Shown here: one piece after another, positions 28,346 through 39,090 of the stretch
How the letters are laid out: each line of letters opens with the position of its first letter
Numbering within the stretch: position 1 is the first letter of the stretch
IMG/VR virus record: IMGVR_UViG_2838114448_000001
Direction: 5' to 3' (one strand)
Source of the DNA: a virus
Length of the DNA stretch: 64,000 nucleotides
The notes under the pieces: generated by a model
Database searches by the model: none
Seen by the model: only the letters and a program-made list of their open reading frames with translations
Told to the model about the DNA's origin: nothing
Translations under genes and position numbers: made by a program

Positions 28346-28744
28346 CTACCACAGACCCCAGGCTGGGCTCTTTCCGTAATGCGCTCGCTTCTTTTTGGCG
28401 CTGGTTCGAGGTGGATTGTTGGGCCTTTGGTCGCGAACCCATTCTTTGATCAGGACGTTCGTCGCGAGCATTCCCGGCTGCCAGTCCAAGCGCAGAGTTG
28501 TCGCGGGCAATTCGCGCCAGTTGTTTCTGTCACGGACGATCCGGTCAGTAACTTCGGCCCAGTGGTCGTCGATGACCTGTCCGACAAACTCGATCGGTTC
28601 CTGGTTGCGCTGCTTGAACTGGATACATACGCAAACGCAGCGATCAATCCTCGCCGTCGTGACCTCTGCGACCTTGTGGTACGGAAGGCTTTCGATCGTG
28701 TTTCGAATGTGATTGATGAGCGCGCTTGGCGTGTACAAATCCAC
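28346..28744 (-). CDS. WGxW-tailed paralog 2
   Basis: Ends PAWGLW. Confidence 0.7.
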   Translation of the reverse strand: MDLYTPSALINHIRNTIESLPYHKVAEVTTARIDRCVCVCIQFKQRNQEPIEFVGQVIDDHWAEVTDRIVRDRNNWRELPATTLRLDWQPGMLATNVLIKEWVRDQRPNNPPRTSAKKKRAHYGKSPAWGLW

Positions 28745-28753
28745 TGTTCCCTC

Positions 28754-29161
28754 CTACCAGAGACCCCAGACGGCATTGTCTCGATTGAGGTCCGGCGTGG
28801 GCGGCTTGGGAACATCCGCGCGAAGACATTGGTTGATCCACTTGCCCAGCCACGTGGCGGCGAGACCATAATCCGGAATGAAGTTGTCCACGCCCACGCA
28901 ACCTTGCGAAATGAGCCCGTGATCCGCCAGATTCTGCGACATGAGAATCAGCAGCGCCGGCCAATCCGATCTGTCGGACAGATGCGCTTCGACGGCGAGG
29001 CGCCCGCCGGCCGGTCGCTGAAACTCCACGAAGAGACAGGTGAGTTTGGCGGGCCAATGTGGATGCGCACAGGCGCGCACGGTCGCTTCGCTTTCTCGCG
29101 AAATCGCGACTGCGCGCTTTAGCTCCTTCACGAAATCGTCCGTCGTGTAGGACATCGACAT
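28754..29161 (-). CDS. WGxW-tailed paralog 1
   Basis: KWINQCLR; ends AVWGLW. Confidence 0.7.
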   Translation of the reverse strand: MSMSYTTDDFVKELKRAVAISRESEATVRACAHPHWPAKLTCLFVEFQRPAGGRLAVEAHLSDRSDWPALLILMSQNLADHGLISQGCVGVDNFIPDYGLAATWLGKWINQCLRADVPKPPTPDLNRDNAVWGLW

Positions 29162-29170
29162 GACGTCGCC

Positions 29171-29398
29171 TCAGAGCTGATACCCGTGCGCGATCAGGAC
29201 GGCGGCGATGTTCTGCGCCTCCCAAGAGCCGGGCCGAACGCTAAGATGCCCCACGTCCTGAAGGAACATCGCCGCCATCGTCTCGACGGTGAGATGCCCG
29301 TGTGAAGTGGAGTCCGGGTTGGCGTCGTTGAAGGTCGTCAGTAGCTCCACGAGGTCTTCGTGAAGCGCGTCCGGAATTTCAAACGTGATCTGCGCCAC
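29171..29398 (-). CDS. Hypothetical protein
   Basis: 75 aa ORF in the operon. Confidence 0.55.
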   Translation of the reverse strand: MAQITFEIPDALHEDLVELLTTFNDANPDSTSHGHLTVETMAAMFLQDVGHLSVRPGSWEAQNIAAVLIAHGYQL

Positions 29399-29930
29399 CG
29401 TTCATCTCCTGTTTCATCTCGTTGAGCCGATGTCCGTAAAGAGCGTTCGCCAGCGCCCGCATCAGCGCCAGGGCACCGCTGTTCTTGGAGGTCGTGGCGG
29501 CGAGGGCGATCGGCCCCTCGCTCTTAACCTTCACCACAGCCCCGATCCAACCATCACTCCGCTCGATGTGCCAGTATTCAACAAGCGTGTGGCGGATAAG
29601 CAGATCGGTCGCGTCGTCCAGCGAGCCGATGTAGTTCAGACAGCCATCGAACCCATGCGTCGTCTCGATGCTGCGGCGCCAGCGGCGGGCCGGCAGAATA
29701 CTGTCCGCCTCGACCGGATAGAGCCAACACTTTCAGTCCCGGCTCCGGCGCTCCATCACGTAGTTGTCCAGCGCGACGGCGATCGCGACGTTGGCGAGGG
29801 TCGCCGCGCGCGGCTCTGTCAGCGCCTGATCCGTGATTTTATTCTGGATGTCGCGCAGCGCGGCGAGAACAGGGTCTTCCTCTTCGGCTCGAATACGATC
29901 GGGCATCGTCTTGGCCGGGTGTTCCATCAC
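29379..29930 (-). pseudogene. Disrupted phage gene (in-frame TGA plus frameshift)
   Basis: Reading through TGA at 29733-29735 gives NYIGSLDDATDLL; a shift near 29545 gives GALALMRAL. Confidence 0.55.
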
Positions 29931-30343
29931 CGTTCTCCCATGCGCGATTTCGCGTTTTCGTTCGGAGGTGCTTTCGCTATTTCGCGACAGACGCGAACCG
30001 TCCGGTCGCAGGCGTCCGTGTCGAACATGCCGATGTGACAGGCGTCGCGGTCGATCTCCAATTTCTCCGCCAACCAGGCATAGGCTTTTGCCCGCGGCAT
30101 GATGCCGCCGCGCCAGATCGCATCAAACGCCACGTGCGCCTCATTCTTGGCGCGACGCAGCTCGGCGTTGGCGAGGCGGCCGAGAGGAGCGTGCCGGCGA
30201 CTGTTCTTGTGACAGCCAACCCAGGCGCCGCACGGCGCGCAGCGCCAGAAGTGCTTGCGCGCCAGGTCGGGGCGATGCGGATAGATCACAGCACCTGTGA
30301 CCAGCTCCGCATCGGCGCCGCAGTAGGGGCAGGGGACGCGCAT
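29927..30343 (-). CDS. Zinc-finger protein, DUF3268-like
   Basis: CPYCG, C..CGAWVGCH, PLGRLA..LR..K..AH..FD.IW and CHIGMF motifs. Confidence 0.85.
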   Translation of the reverse strand: MRVPCPYCGADAELVTGAVIYPHRPDLARKHFWRCAPCGAWVGCHKNSRRHAPLGRLANAELRRAKNEAHVAFDAIWRGGIMPRAKAYAWLAEKLEIDRDACHIGMFDTDACDRTVRVCREIAKAPPNENAKSRMGER

Positions 30344-30591
30344 CACGCCGCCCGTTCCCGAACGACGCCGGCCTCGAAAGTGTAGTCCGGCGTGCAGGCC
30401 AGCACGTCCGCCTCGCGCACATAGAGCGCCCTCTGAAAGTCGGGCCGGCACCACTCGTCCTCGGCGATGGCAATCTGCACCACCACGTCGTCATCAGTGT
30501 CGTCACACAACAACATGTAGGCGCCCACAGCTCGTCGCCCGTCACGCAACCAGAACTGCCCGTAATGAGGCTCGTCCGTGTGCTTCGCCAT
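30343..30591 (-). CDS. Hypothetical protein
   Basis: Coupled ORF; start uncertain. Confidence 0.45.
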   Translation of the reverse strand: MAKHTDEPHYGQFWLRDGRRAVGAYMLLCDDTDDDVVVQIAIAEDEWCRPDFQRALYVREADVLACTPDYTFEAGVVRERAA

Positions 30592-30736
30592 TATGCTGAC
30601 CAGCATGGTCGTTCTCCTCATATCCGCAGTAGGGGCAGCCGGCGGCGTCCGCCGTCCACTCATTCGTCCACTCGTCACCGCAGCGCGGACAGGTCCGCCA
30701 CTGCGGATGACGGCGGGGCAGGGGGCTTGGGCGCAT
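30542..30736 (-). CDS. Small zinc-ribbon protein
   Basis: CPRCG...CPYCG. Confidence 0.5.
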   Translation of the reverse strand: MRPSPLPRRHPQWRTCPRCGDEWTNEWTADAAGCPYCGYEENDHAGQHNGEAHGRASLRAVLVA

Positions 30737-31275
30737 CACTCGGCCGCCATGCTCTTGGCCGTCGACACGTCCATGATCGTGGTGAACTCCAGGCCCAGGC
30801 GCGCGATCTCGGCGAACTCGGCCGGCGCCACCTTGTGCAGGAAGAACAGCGCGCGACGGTGCAGCCGGCTGCCCGCCAGACACTGCTGCCAGACGTGCCC
30901 AACGGCCGCCTCGTCCGACGCGATGCGGTCCGCCTCGTCGTAACGCTCCAGGCAATAGCCCTTGCTATCATGCTTGAAGAGCCCCCAGCCTTCATTGAGC
31001 GCCTGCCGCTGATCGACCTGGTTCCAGTCCTCTTCGGTGATGATCAGACCGCTCGCGCGCGCGTTCATCTTCGCCAGCGGATGGACAGACATCGCCGTGA
31101 TGGTCGACGGCGCGTCGGGCTCGTCCACGTTGGACATGCAAAGCGTTGGCAGCTCCGCCTTTTCGTCGGCGGCGATCAGGCTGATCGCGGCATCGCGATC
31201 AACGGCGCGCACAAGGTAGTGGCGCTTCAGTACGCGCGATCGGCGCGTCTCGCTCACGACTTCAAAAATAGGCAT
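30736..31275 (-). CDS. Hypothetical protein
   Basis: GGAG RBS; start at MPIFEV. Confidence 0.6.
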   Translation of the reverse strand: MPIFEVVSETRRSRVLKRHYLVRAVDRDAAISLIAADEKAELPTLCMSNVDEPDAPSTITAMSVHPLAKMNARASGLIITEEDWNQVDQRQALNEGWGLFKHDSKGYCLERYDEADRIASDEAAVGHVWQQCLAGSRLHRRALFFLHKVAPAEFAEIARLGLEFTTIMDVSTAKSMAAE

Positions 31276-31360
31276 CGCTCTCTCCGTCACTGTGTGCTGA
31301 CAGAATAAATGTACTAACGAAAACAAGGTCTTACAAAAGGGTACATCAGCTTTGATTGAG

Positions 31361-31391
31361 GAAAAAGGGTGGGTTTTGCCCACCCTTTTTC
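31361..31391. terminator. Bidirectional terminator beside the operator at 31342
   Basis: GAAAAAGGGTGGG-loop-CCCACCCTTTTTC. Confidence 0.75.
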
Positions 31392-31398
31392 TCCTCGC

Positions 31399-31737
31399 TC
31401 AGGCCGCGCGGATGGGCACGATAAACACTTCCATCGTCGACACCCCATCTTCGGGCTCCGTCCGCTCGGGCTCGGGCTGCGTGCCCTCACGGTCGAGAAT
31501 GGCCTTCATTTCCGCCACCTTTCCTTCTGCCATCTTGATTTCCCGGGTGAGGGTCCGGATCTGGCGAATAGCGCCGTCGAGATGCCATTCATGCGCCTTC
31601 TGGAGCGACGCCACGATGGTCTCGTGATCGGCATACGACACCAGATTGCCGTCGGGCGTCGGATTGAGCCCGAGCTGAAGGCTGCCGGCGGGCGTACCTT
31701 CCGTCACGCCGAGGGCCAAACGCTGGATTTTGAACAT
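31399..31737 (-). CDS. Hypothetical protein
   Basis: 112 aa ORF. Confidence 0.55.
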   Translation of the reverse strand: MFKIQRLALGVTEGTPAGSLQLGLNPTPDGNLVSYADHETIVASLQKAHEWHLDGAIRQIRTLTREIKMAEGKVAEMKAILDREGTQPEPERTEPEDGVSTMEVFIVPIRAA

Positions 31738-31756
31738 ATTCTTTCTTTCTCGTGGG

Positions 31757-32008
31757 TTAGTGGGCGTTGGGCATGGTCATGATCTGGACGTCGTTCGCGT
31801 CCAGCGCCTCCAGGATCGGCATCAGCGTCTGCTGGAGATTGGCGTCCGCGGCGATCAGAGCCATCAGTCGGAGCGTGTTGGACTGCTCCACCATCGCCGC
31901 TGACCATTCGTCCGGGTTCTCGGGGTAGGTCTCGGTCGTGAACACCTTCACCTCGCCGGCAGCGGTCAGAACCACGCCGGCGTCACCAGTTTCGATCGGC
32001 CCGGACAT
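31757..32008 (-). CDS. Hypothetical protein
   Basis: ORF downstream of the promoter/operator at 32069; start uncertain. Confidence 0.5.
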   Translation of the reverse strand: MSGPIETGDAGVVLTAAGEVKVFTTETYPENPDEWSAAMVEQSNTLRLMALIAADANLQQTLMPILEALDANDVQIMTMPNAH

Positions 32009-32150
32009 CGGGGTGATACTTTTCACGGGGGCGCTCCTGTGTGTTTGCGTATCGAACGCAACGCGCATTCAATCAACTCTGACTGTATAACGCATCGTTC
32101 GCGGGACTGCGAGCGGAAATATACACAACGGGGTGTACTAATTTCTCTCG

Positions 32151-32188
32151 TTCGCTCTTTCGTTCTTTCGTTCTTTCGTTCTTTCGCC
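32151..32188. repeat. 8-bp tandem repeat (TTCGYTCT) x5
   Basis: Read directly from the sequence. Confidence 0.8.
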
Positions 32189-32482
32189 AATAGGGTCCAT
32201 CTTGATTCGGAACGAAAACGGATCAACGAAAAATTTAGTACCTAAAAACGATATTGATTTTTTTCGATATTTTTTTTTCCTCGACCTTCGTCTAGGGTCG
32301 AAACCCGCTTTCGTCGCACCCGTTCTATTTGCGCCTATTTATTGTTCCCGCTGTGCGGTTCGGTTAATACATAGAGTCACCTTTAGTTTTCAAATATAAA
32401 AACGTTTGTAAGCGGTCATACCGTGGACATATCCTAACCGCCGTCAGAATTGACGTACCACCAAGAGGAGGGCTTAATTGGG

Positions 32483-32719
32483 ATGGTGTACGTAAGTACA
32501 GTTGAGTTGGAACGACTAAAGAAACTGGCATATACGGCGGCTATCGAGGGTGCCACTCAAAAACTCAAGGCTAACGGTTACGATGTTGAACCTTGCTTAG
32601 AGGGTATTTTAGAACGACAGCATCGACCCGATGTCGGTCTTTTTCTTGGCGTCGTTTTTGACATTTGGGACGACTATACGCGCGAGAATGATGGCAATCC
32701 GGGGGTTCGGACGGCTTAG
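32483..32719 (+). CDS. Hypothetical protein (divergent, lower GC)
   Basis: GAGGAGG upstream; operator at 32440. Confidence 0.5.
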   Translation: MVYVSTVELERLKKLAYTAAIEGATQKLKANGYDVEPCLEGILERQHRPDVGLFLGVVFDIWDDYTRENDGNPGVRTA

Positions 32720-32787
32720 ATCAACTCCATTCGTCTTTGCTTATAACTGTGGAGGGGATGGGCTCATAGCTCTTCCCCTCCACTTGT

Positions 32788-33153
32788 TTAAAACGCACCC
32801 CAGTTGGCGTCCGTCCCGTAAATTTTAAACCGACGTTCATCCTCGATGACCTCAGCCGTCCGCTCGATCTGCGGATCATTGTGACCCGTGAGAATATTCC
32901 ACGCACGTTCCGCGTAGAACTCTGCGATCACATCCTTCATGTATTGGGCCTGACGCTCCGTCATACCCTTCATGACGCGCGATTTGCGGGCGATGTCCTG
33001 CATCGCGCCCTTGTGCCCATTCAGGACCGCGGGCGCGCCGCGCGCGATCGCCGTTCTGTGCTGCTCCACCAGCGTCTCCAGCGTCCGAAACACTAGGTCC
33101 GGCCGCGCATCGAGCAGGTCTCGCACCGACCTCGATCTCTCCTTTGGGGTCAT
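32788..33153 (-). CDS. Hypothetical protein ending WGAF
   Basis: Own promoter (GCGCTACAAC ~33185). Confidence 0.6.
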   Translation of the reverse strand: MTPKERSRSVRDLLDARPDLVFRTLETLVEQHRTAIARGAPAVLNGHKGAMQDIARKSRVMKGMTERQAQYMKDVIAEFYAERAWNILTGHNDPQIERTAEVIEDERRFKIYGTDANWGAF

Positions 33154-33447
33154 AACTGTCTCACTTCAAATTGTTCTAAGCATGTTGTAGCGCAACGCTG
33201 TCGGGGATGCGCCAGGGAAGTGCGCCCGCAGCGCGTCGCGCACGGCGCACAGGAAGCGTCTCTGAGCGCGTCTCGCTCACGCGCGCACATCGACACGCGC
33301 TCGACAATGGATCGCGCTCAGTGACGTTCTCTAAGCGATTCCACGATATCGCGCTTTCGCTCTTTCGCGAACGCGCGCTCTGAAACGCAACAAGGGGCGC
33401 CCATCTGGACACCCCTTGCGCGGCGAGAAGAATGAGGTGGTCTGCGT

Positions 33448-33678
33448 CTAGGCGACTACCTCGACCAGCACCACATGGCCAATGCTAGCCGGCAGCACGA
33501 TGCGTCCATTGTTCTCCAGATGCGCCCGGAACTCGTCACCAGTCATGCCGTTCACACTGCCCGACAACATGATCGGCGCCTTGCCTTCATTGGCCCGCAG
33601 AAACCGCTCGATCGGCATTGTACCCAGCTCTTCCGAGCAGCTCTTGGACTGGTCTATCTCCGTCACCTTGATGCGCAT
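33448..33678 (-). CDS. Hypothetical protein
   Basis: 76 aa ORF. Confidence 0.55.
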   Translation of the reverse strand: MRIKVTEIDQSKSCSEELGTMPIERFLRANEGKAPIMLSGSVNGMTGDEFRAHLENNGRIVLPASIGHVVLVEVVA

Positions 33679-33681
33679 GAC

Positions 33682-34545
<864 letters not shown>

Positions 34546-34664
34546 ATGTGTTAAAAAGCCGCATCGCGTCTTGCGATGCTTTCGTTTTATCGTATGCCTG
34601 TAGGATATACGGCTGGGTTTTTAAATACTGACGCGGACAATAAAAAGGAGCGCGGCCGCGCTCC

Positions 34665-34853
34665 CTATGCTGCATTTGGCGGAGGCGGATCGGGCAGCGG
34701 CTCGATCACGCCAAGTGTGGCTCGCGGACGTTCCCGAGACCGTTCGATCGGCGGGTGTGAGCACCGCATGGCAATCACGTAGCCAGTCTCCAGCGGCGAG
34801 GCGATGACCGCGACGACGCGCATGCCGTTTTCGTCGCACAAGGGGCAGGACAT
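34665..34853 (-). CDS. Small Cys-containing protein
   Basis: MSCPLCD; AAGGAG RBS. Confidence 0.5.
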   Translation of the reverse strand: MSCPLCDENGMRVVAVIASPLETGYVIAMRCSHPPIERSRERPRATLGVIEPLPDPPPPNAA

Positions 34854-34864
34854 GATGATCTCCT

Positions 34865-35110
34865 TCACGAACGCGACGAGGGCGAGAGCCGGCCGATCAG
34901 GCCCGCCACGAGCAGAAACACCCGCGTCCCGGCGAACGTCACAAGCGCCGTGACGAGGAAGAGCAAGGTGCGGGCCAACGTGGTCAGCGGCTTGTAGGTT
35001 AGCTCGAACAGATGGTGCGGCGACCAGAACAGGCCGCCCAAACCCAACAGCGCCGACTGGCGCCAGCTTGCGTTTCGTTTCCAGCACACGTCGGTCGGTG
35101 TCTTGAACAT
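34865..35110 (-). CDS. Small membrane protein
   Basis: GGAGG RBS; hydrophobic segments. Confidence 0.45.
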   Translation of the reverse strand: MFKTPTDVCWKRNASWRQSALLGLGGLFWSPHHLFELTYKPLTTLARTLLFLVTALVTFAGTRVFLLVAGLIGRLSPSSRS

Positions 35111-35122
35111 GTGATCGGCCTC

Positions 35123-35695
35123 CTAAGCCGCGTCTCTGATGACGGAAGAGGGCAGGGTGATCCAGCCCCAGTCGAGAGCCTTGAAGAAACACTCCATCAT
35201 CACGGTCACGTCGTAGTCCGCGCCGTGTGCAAGGTCGTGGTCGTAGTAGACGCCGCAGGAGAAGCACAGCTTCTCCAAAGACGGCACGGCGCCGGTCGGC
35301 GTGGCGAAGCGCCCGTTCAACATCGTGTCCAGGAACGGCCCCACCTCCGACAGTCCAACCCGGCGGAACTCACCGTTGATGAACGGCGCGTCAAAGCCGA
35401 CGCCGTTGTGAGCTACAGTCATAATTGACTTATTCAAAATGACGTGCGTTTTCGGCGCCACTTCGTCCCACAGCGGCTTGCCGATCAGATCGGCCGCCGT
35501 GATGCCATGCACAGCCTGGGCCTTCTCCGTGATCGAACGCTGCGGATCAATCCGTTGTACGAAGTTGAGTTTGCGGCTCCGGCTCTCCAGGCACCAGAGT
35601 TGCACACAGACCTCGACGATCCGCTGATCACCGGGCGTACCATCCTTGCCGAGCAGACCTGTCGTCTCAAGGTCGAGACCAGCGATAAGAGCCAT
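35123..35695 (-). CDS. DEDDh 3'-5' exonuclease (DnaQ-like)
   Basis: DLETTG, AHN..FD, DTM and AHGA.YD motifs. Confidence 0.92.
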   Translation of the reverse strand: MALIAGLDLETTGLLGKDGTPGDQRIVEVCVQLWCLESRSRKLNFVQRIDPQRSITEKAQAVHGITAADLIGKPLWDEVAPKTHVILNKSIMTVAHNGVGFDAPFINGEFRRVGLSEVGPFLDTMLNGRFATPTGAVPSLEKLCFSCGVYYDHDLAHGADYDVTVMMECFFKALDWGWITLPSSVIRDAA

Positions 35696-35722
35696 GATGG
35701 TGTCCTTGTCGTAGATGATAAA

Positions 35723-35962
35723 TCAACTCTTACTTATCTCGCGTCGCAACGCAAGACGAGTCTGATTGGTCAATTCGATCACCTCGTGGTCGGCGAGGCC
35801 CTGACAGAGGTCCAGGGCGGTGTCCACAGCGATGAACGCCGCCTTTGGGCTCATTTTGCCATGCTCCAACTTCCAAGCGATCGTGCCCAGGAGATCGCTG
35901 AGCTTCCGACTCAGCTCTTGGGTATGTGTCGGCCAGTCGTCGGGCATGATGGTTCTCCACAT
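35723..35962 (-). CDS. Hypothetical protein
   Basis: ORF in the operon. Confidence 0.5.
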   Translation of the reverse strand: MWRTIMPDDWPTHTQELSRKLSDLLGTIAWKLEHGKMSPKAAFIAVDTALDLCQGLADHEVIELTNQTRLALRREISKS

Positions 35963-35968
35963 TCGGTA

Positions 35969-36343
35969 TCAGTACAGCGATCCACAGGCTGAGGTCATAA
36001 AGTCAACCTGCACTTGATTCAAATCACGCTCGCGCTCGGGCGTGTCTTCATCTCTGCTAAAAATCTCAACTACAAGTTCCTCCCGTATTTCTCTCATTCT
36101 ATCATTCCCAATATCAAAAAGATGCGGGTACACAATCTTCATATATTGTTTTCTATCACCATAGATGACAATTTTCTCCTGAAGGTCACGATCCATCGCC
36201 CTCTGTTCCATAATGGTATAAAACAAGAAGCAGCGCGCCTGATACTCCCTTGCCTGTTGCGGATCAGCGTGCGCCGAAGTTCCGAACAGACCGGAGAAGA
36301 TCAGCGTCATCATGGCAGCTTTGGATACGCGACTCATGGTCAT
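35969..36343 (-). CDS. Exported hypothetical protein (AT-rich core)
   Basis: Signal peptide ending SAHA; AAGGA RBS. Confidence 0.55.
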   Translation of the reverse strand: MTMSRVSKAAMMTLIFSGLFGTSAHADPQQAREYQARCFLFYTIMEQRAMDRDLQEKIVIYGDRKQYMKIVYPHLFDIGNDRMREIREELVVEIFSRDEDTPERERDLNQVQVDFMTSACGSLY

Positions 36344-36532
36344 TCCTTTTTCGTGACACGGGCGCGAACACGCACCCGATAGATGACGTTGCTTGACGTC
36401 ACCTTGGTATCACGATGCATCGGGTCCGTGTAGAAAATCCCGTAGCGCGTGCGATAGGCGGAAACCGTGACGTCGCCGTCTGATCGAACTGGTCGCGTGT
36501 TTTGGCGCGACCGAGAACATAGCTGGAGGCAA

Positions 36533-36817
36533 TCATTCGGCAGCCTCCGGCTTGAGCGCACCCTCATCGCTTTTGAGGTCGCGGAGCGCCTGGCGTACGA
36601 CCTCGACAGCCGGGCTGGTGCGCGCATTCATGAACGCCAGATCGGCCGCCATAGACAGCAGGTCGAGCCGCGGGCTTGGGACACACGCGCGCACGTTCGC
36701 CGCGCGCGTGTGTCCCACGATCTCGTTGATCGCCGCATCCAGCTCGATCGTCGTGTACGGGATCCTGTTGGGTCGCGCCGGGCGGCGAGCGATCGGGCGT
36801 AGGCGCTCGTCAATCAT
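36533..36817 (-). CDS. Hypothetical protein
   Basis: GGAG RBS; start at MIDERL. Confidence 0.45.
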   Translation of the reverse strand: MIDERLRPIARRPARPNRIPYTTIELDAAINEIVGHTRAANVRACVPSPRLDLLSMAADLAFMNARTSPAVEVVRQALRDLKSDEGALKPEAAE

Positions 36818-37177
36818 GGCGCTCTCCATCCTCGCTGATCTCTTCGCTGTCGCAGGGACTAATGGCGCGCTCGTCGCACTCCGGGCATTCCTCGTCGCAC
36901 ATCGTGCCCCATTCGCTATCCCATTCATGCCCGCAGGCCGGGCAGCGGTAGTAATTCACATACCAAGTCATGTCTGATTTACCTTGCTACCGACTCAATC
37001 GACGTACCGGCCGGCGGCCGTCAGATCCTCGATCGTCTCGAAGAACTCGGGCGCTTCGTCGTCCGACACCCTCCCGATTGTCGACGTTCTTCTTGAAGAA
37101 CCAGGAGAGACCACGAAGGTCCGGCCCCAAGCCTATTGCTGCCTTCAGGCAAGCGGCGCAGATGATTTTTCGAAGGA

Positions 37178-37495
37178 TCACTGGTTGGTCTCCTTGGGTG
37201 TGATCTTGATGCTGACCTGGAACTGGTCAGCAAGCATCTGAGCCACCTCCTTGGAGACCAGTTGCCGCATGGCTTCTCGATCGCCATACCGATCCATCAC
37301 GGCCTGCAAAACCGTCTTTCGGGCCAGATCCTTCGGGTCGAAGGAACCGGACCCCTGATGTGTGAGATGCGTGACCTGCTGGGCGACGGCTTCGCGGATC
37401 CACTCGCGCAGGTTCTCCTTGGTTACACCAAGGTCGTTAAACATGAAGTTGCGGAAAGCCTCGTACTTCTCCGCGTTCGACATGAAGGTCCCCAT
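37178..37495 (-). CDS. Hypothetical protein
   Basis: Coupled ORF. Confidence 0.6.
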   Translation of the reverse strand: MGTFMSNAEKYEAFRNFMFNDLGVTKENLREWIREAVAQQVTHLTHQGSGSFDPKDLARKTVLQAVMDRYGDREAMRQLVSKEVAQMLADQFQVSIKITPKETNQ

Positions 37496-37960
37496 TTACT
37501 GCTCCTCGTTCTCGTCGTTCTCGTCGACCGGCACCCAAACCCACGCCCGCACATAGCAACCCGGATCGTCGCCCTCAGAAACCATCTCGGACAGGGCGGC
37601 ATCGTCGGCCGGCTCGTCGATCTCGATCAGGCCGTCCTTCGCGTACATGTCGTGGGCCTTCTCGACGATCTTGCGCAGGCGTGCGGTGTCGATATCGTCG
37701 TTCTTTTCGGCTACAGGCTCGTGCGCCGCAGCGATGTCGCTTTCGCTCGGCTCGTGACCACAGGAGCGGTAGGCAGCGTTCCATGCACGCTGATACAGCC
37801 ACGGTTTTCCCCGTGCCTGCGCCTCATCGCTCGCCGCGTTCGCCTCTTTATGCGCGGGCGCGCGCGAATTATTGTTCGCGAACGCAGATGACCAAATCAC
37901 CCGCTCCGCCTGTTTAACAAACTCGTCGTCCGTTAATTCCGACCAATTGATCTCGCTCAT
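37496..37960 (-). CDS. Hypothetical protein
   Basis: GAGG RBS; ends GCYVRAWVWV. Confidence 0.65.
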   Translation of the reverse strand: MSEINWSELTDDEFVKQAERVIWSSAFANNNSRAPAHKEANAASDEAQARGKPWLYQRAWNAAYRSCGHEPSESDIAAAHEPVAEKNDDIDTARLRKIVEKAHDMYAKDGLIEIDEPADDAALSEMVSEGDDPGCYVRAWVWVPVDENDENEEQ

Positions 37961-38002
37961 GCTAATATTCCTCGTGACACGTCCAAAGTCTCAACAAACA
38001 AG

Positions 38003-38242
38003 TCATTCGACTTTCCGCACGCGCAGGCTTTCACCAAACTCCCGCATCCTCAGAACGTGCTGAACGTTGATCTGACGGATCCGCTCCCGCTGATCGTCGG
38101 TCAGGTCTTCCCACGCCGACCCGCTTCGACCGGCACTCACAAGCGCCTCCTCGTACCGTTCCTTGTGATCATCCTCGACGGCCTGAGCGACGAACGCCCG
38201 GCGCTCGGCTTCGTTCATGTTGAGCCACCACTCTTCGCTCAT
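38003..38242 (-). CDS. Hypothetical protein
   Basis: Start MSEEWW overlaps the upstream stop. Confidence 0.55.
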   Translation of the reverse strand: MSEEWWLNMNEAERRAFVAQAVEDDHKERYEEALVSAGRSGSAWEDLTDDQRERIRQINVQHVLRMREFGESLRVRKVE

Positions 38243-39090
38243 CGTGCATCTCCCAATGTCGCACCACATTCCTCGGCAATCAGCTTGTTGGCCTTCTCGA
38301 CCAGATCGGGGCGCAGCATCCAGAGATGCACGTTTCCGTTCTTGAACCACTTCACACGGAAGTAGCTGTCGCGGTCGATGATCTCGCCGCGCTCGATGCG
38401 CTCGCCGCATCGCTTGCCGGCGCGCACGGCGTCGAGGATTTGCGAGGGCAGGGCGGCGCACCGGTCCGGCACGGGCTTGCCGTCCAGGACGTGCATTACG
38501 CGGTCCAGATCAGCGATCCGATCGTCGTCGCGGCCATACCGCGTCCAGGAGCCGAACTCATTGAGCGCGTGCCCCAGCACGATCCGATCGTCGATCTTGA
38601 AGGCGTCGTGACTGCGATAGCGCCGGTCAAGCCGGCGAAACGTTTCGACCAGACCGCGCCGAAAGATCACGTCGGCGTCGGCGCGCAGCGCGCCGAACGT
38701 GGCGCGCAGGTTCTCGACCGTGACCTCCGGCGGATCCTTCTCGATGTCGTCCTGGAACTTCGCCTTCGCCGTCGCGTCCATGACGGTATAGAGACCCAGG
38801 CTCTCGGCCATGTAGGTCCAGACGTCGCGGTCGATCTCCTTGCGAACGTCGTCCATCGCGCGCTTCGTGATGCCGCTGTAGACGACGCTCCACATGGCCC
38901 CGGTGCTGGACGTCAGGCTGCTCAGACCGTGCCCTGTGCCGGCGGCAGTCTTGTACGCCTTCATGCCCTCGATGATGGCCTCGAAGCCCGCCTCGATGCG
39001 CTCCAGCGCGCGGTCGCGGTGCCCGACCAGCTCCTCGGCGCTCGCCTTGCGCACCATATCGGTGCTGGCGTTTGTCCAGGTGCCGCTCAT
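38239..39090 (-). CDS. DUF4942-like protein
   Basis: RGLVETFRRL..YRSH, DLDRVMHVLDGKP and YF.VKWFKNGN.H motifs. Confidence 0.8.
   Translation of the reverse strand: MSGTWTNASTDMVRKASAEELVGHRDRALERIEAGFEAIIEGMKAYKTAAGTGHGLSSLTSSTGAMWSVVYSGITKRAMDDVRKEIDRDVWTYMAESLGLYTVMDATAKAKFQDDIEKDPPEVTVENLRATFGALRADADVIFRRGLVETFRRLDRRYRSHDAFKIDDRIVLGHALNEFGSWTRYGRDDDRIADLDRVMHVLDGKPVPDRCAALPSQILDAVRAGKRCGERIERGEIIDRDSYFRVKWFKNGNVHLWMLRPDLVEKANKLIAEECGATLGDAR

Noticed and set aside
27478..29161. Diversity-generating retroelement targeting the paralogs
   Set aside because: No reverse transcriptase and no TR/VR pair differing only at adenines
29733..29735. TGA read-through or an alternative genetic code
   Set aside because: TGA acts as a normal stop in many coupled genes here, and the same gene has a second lesion
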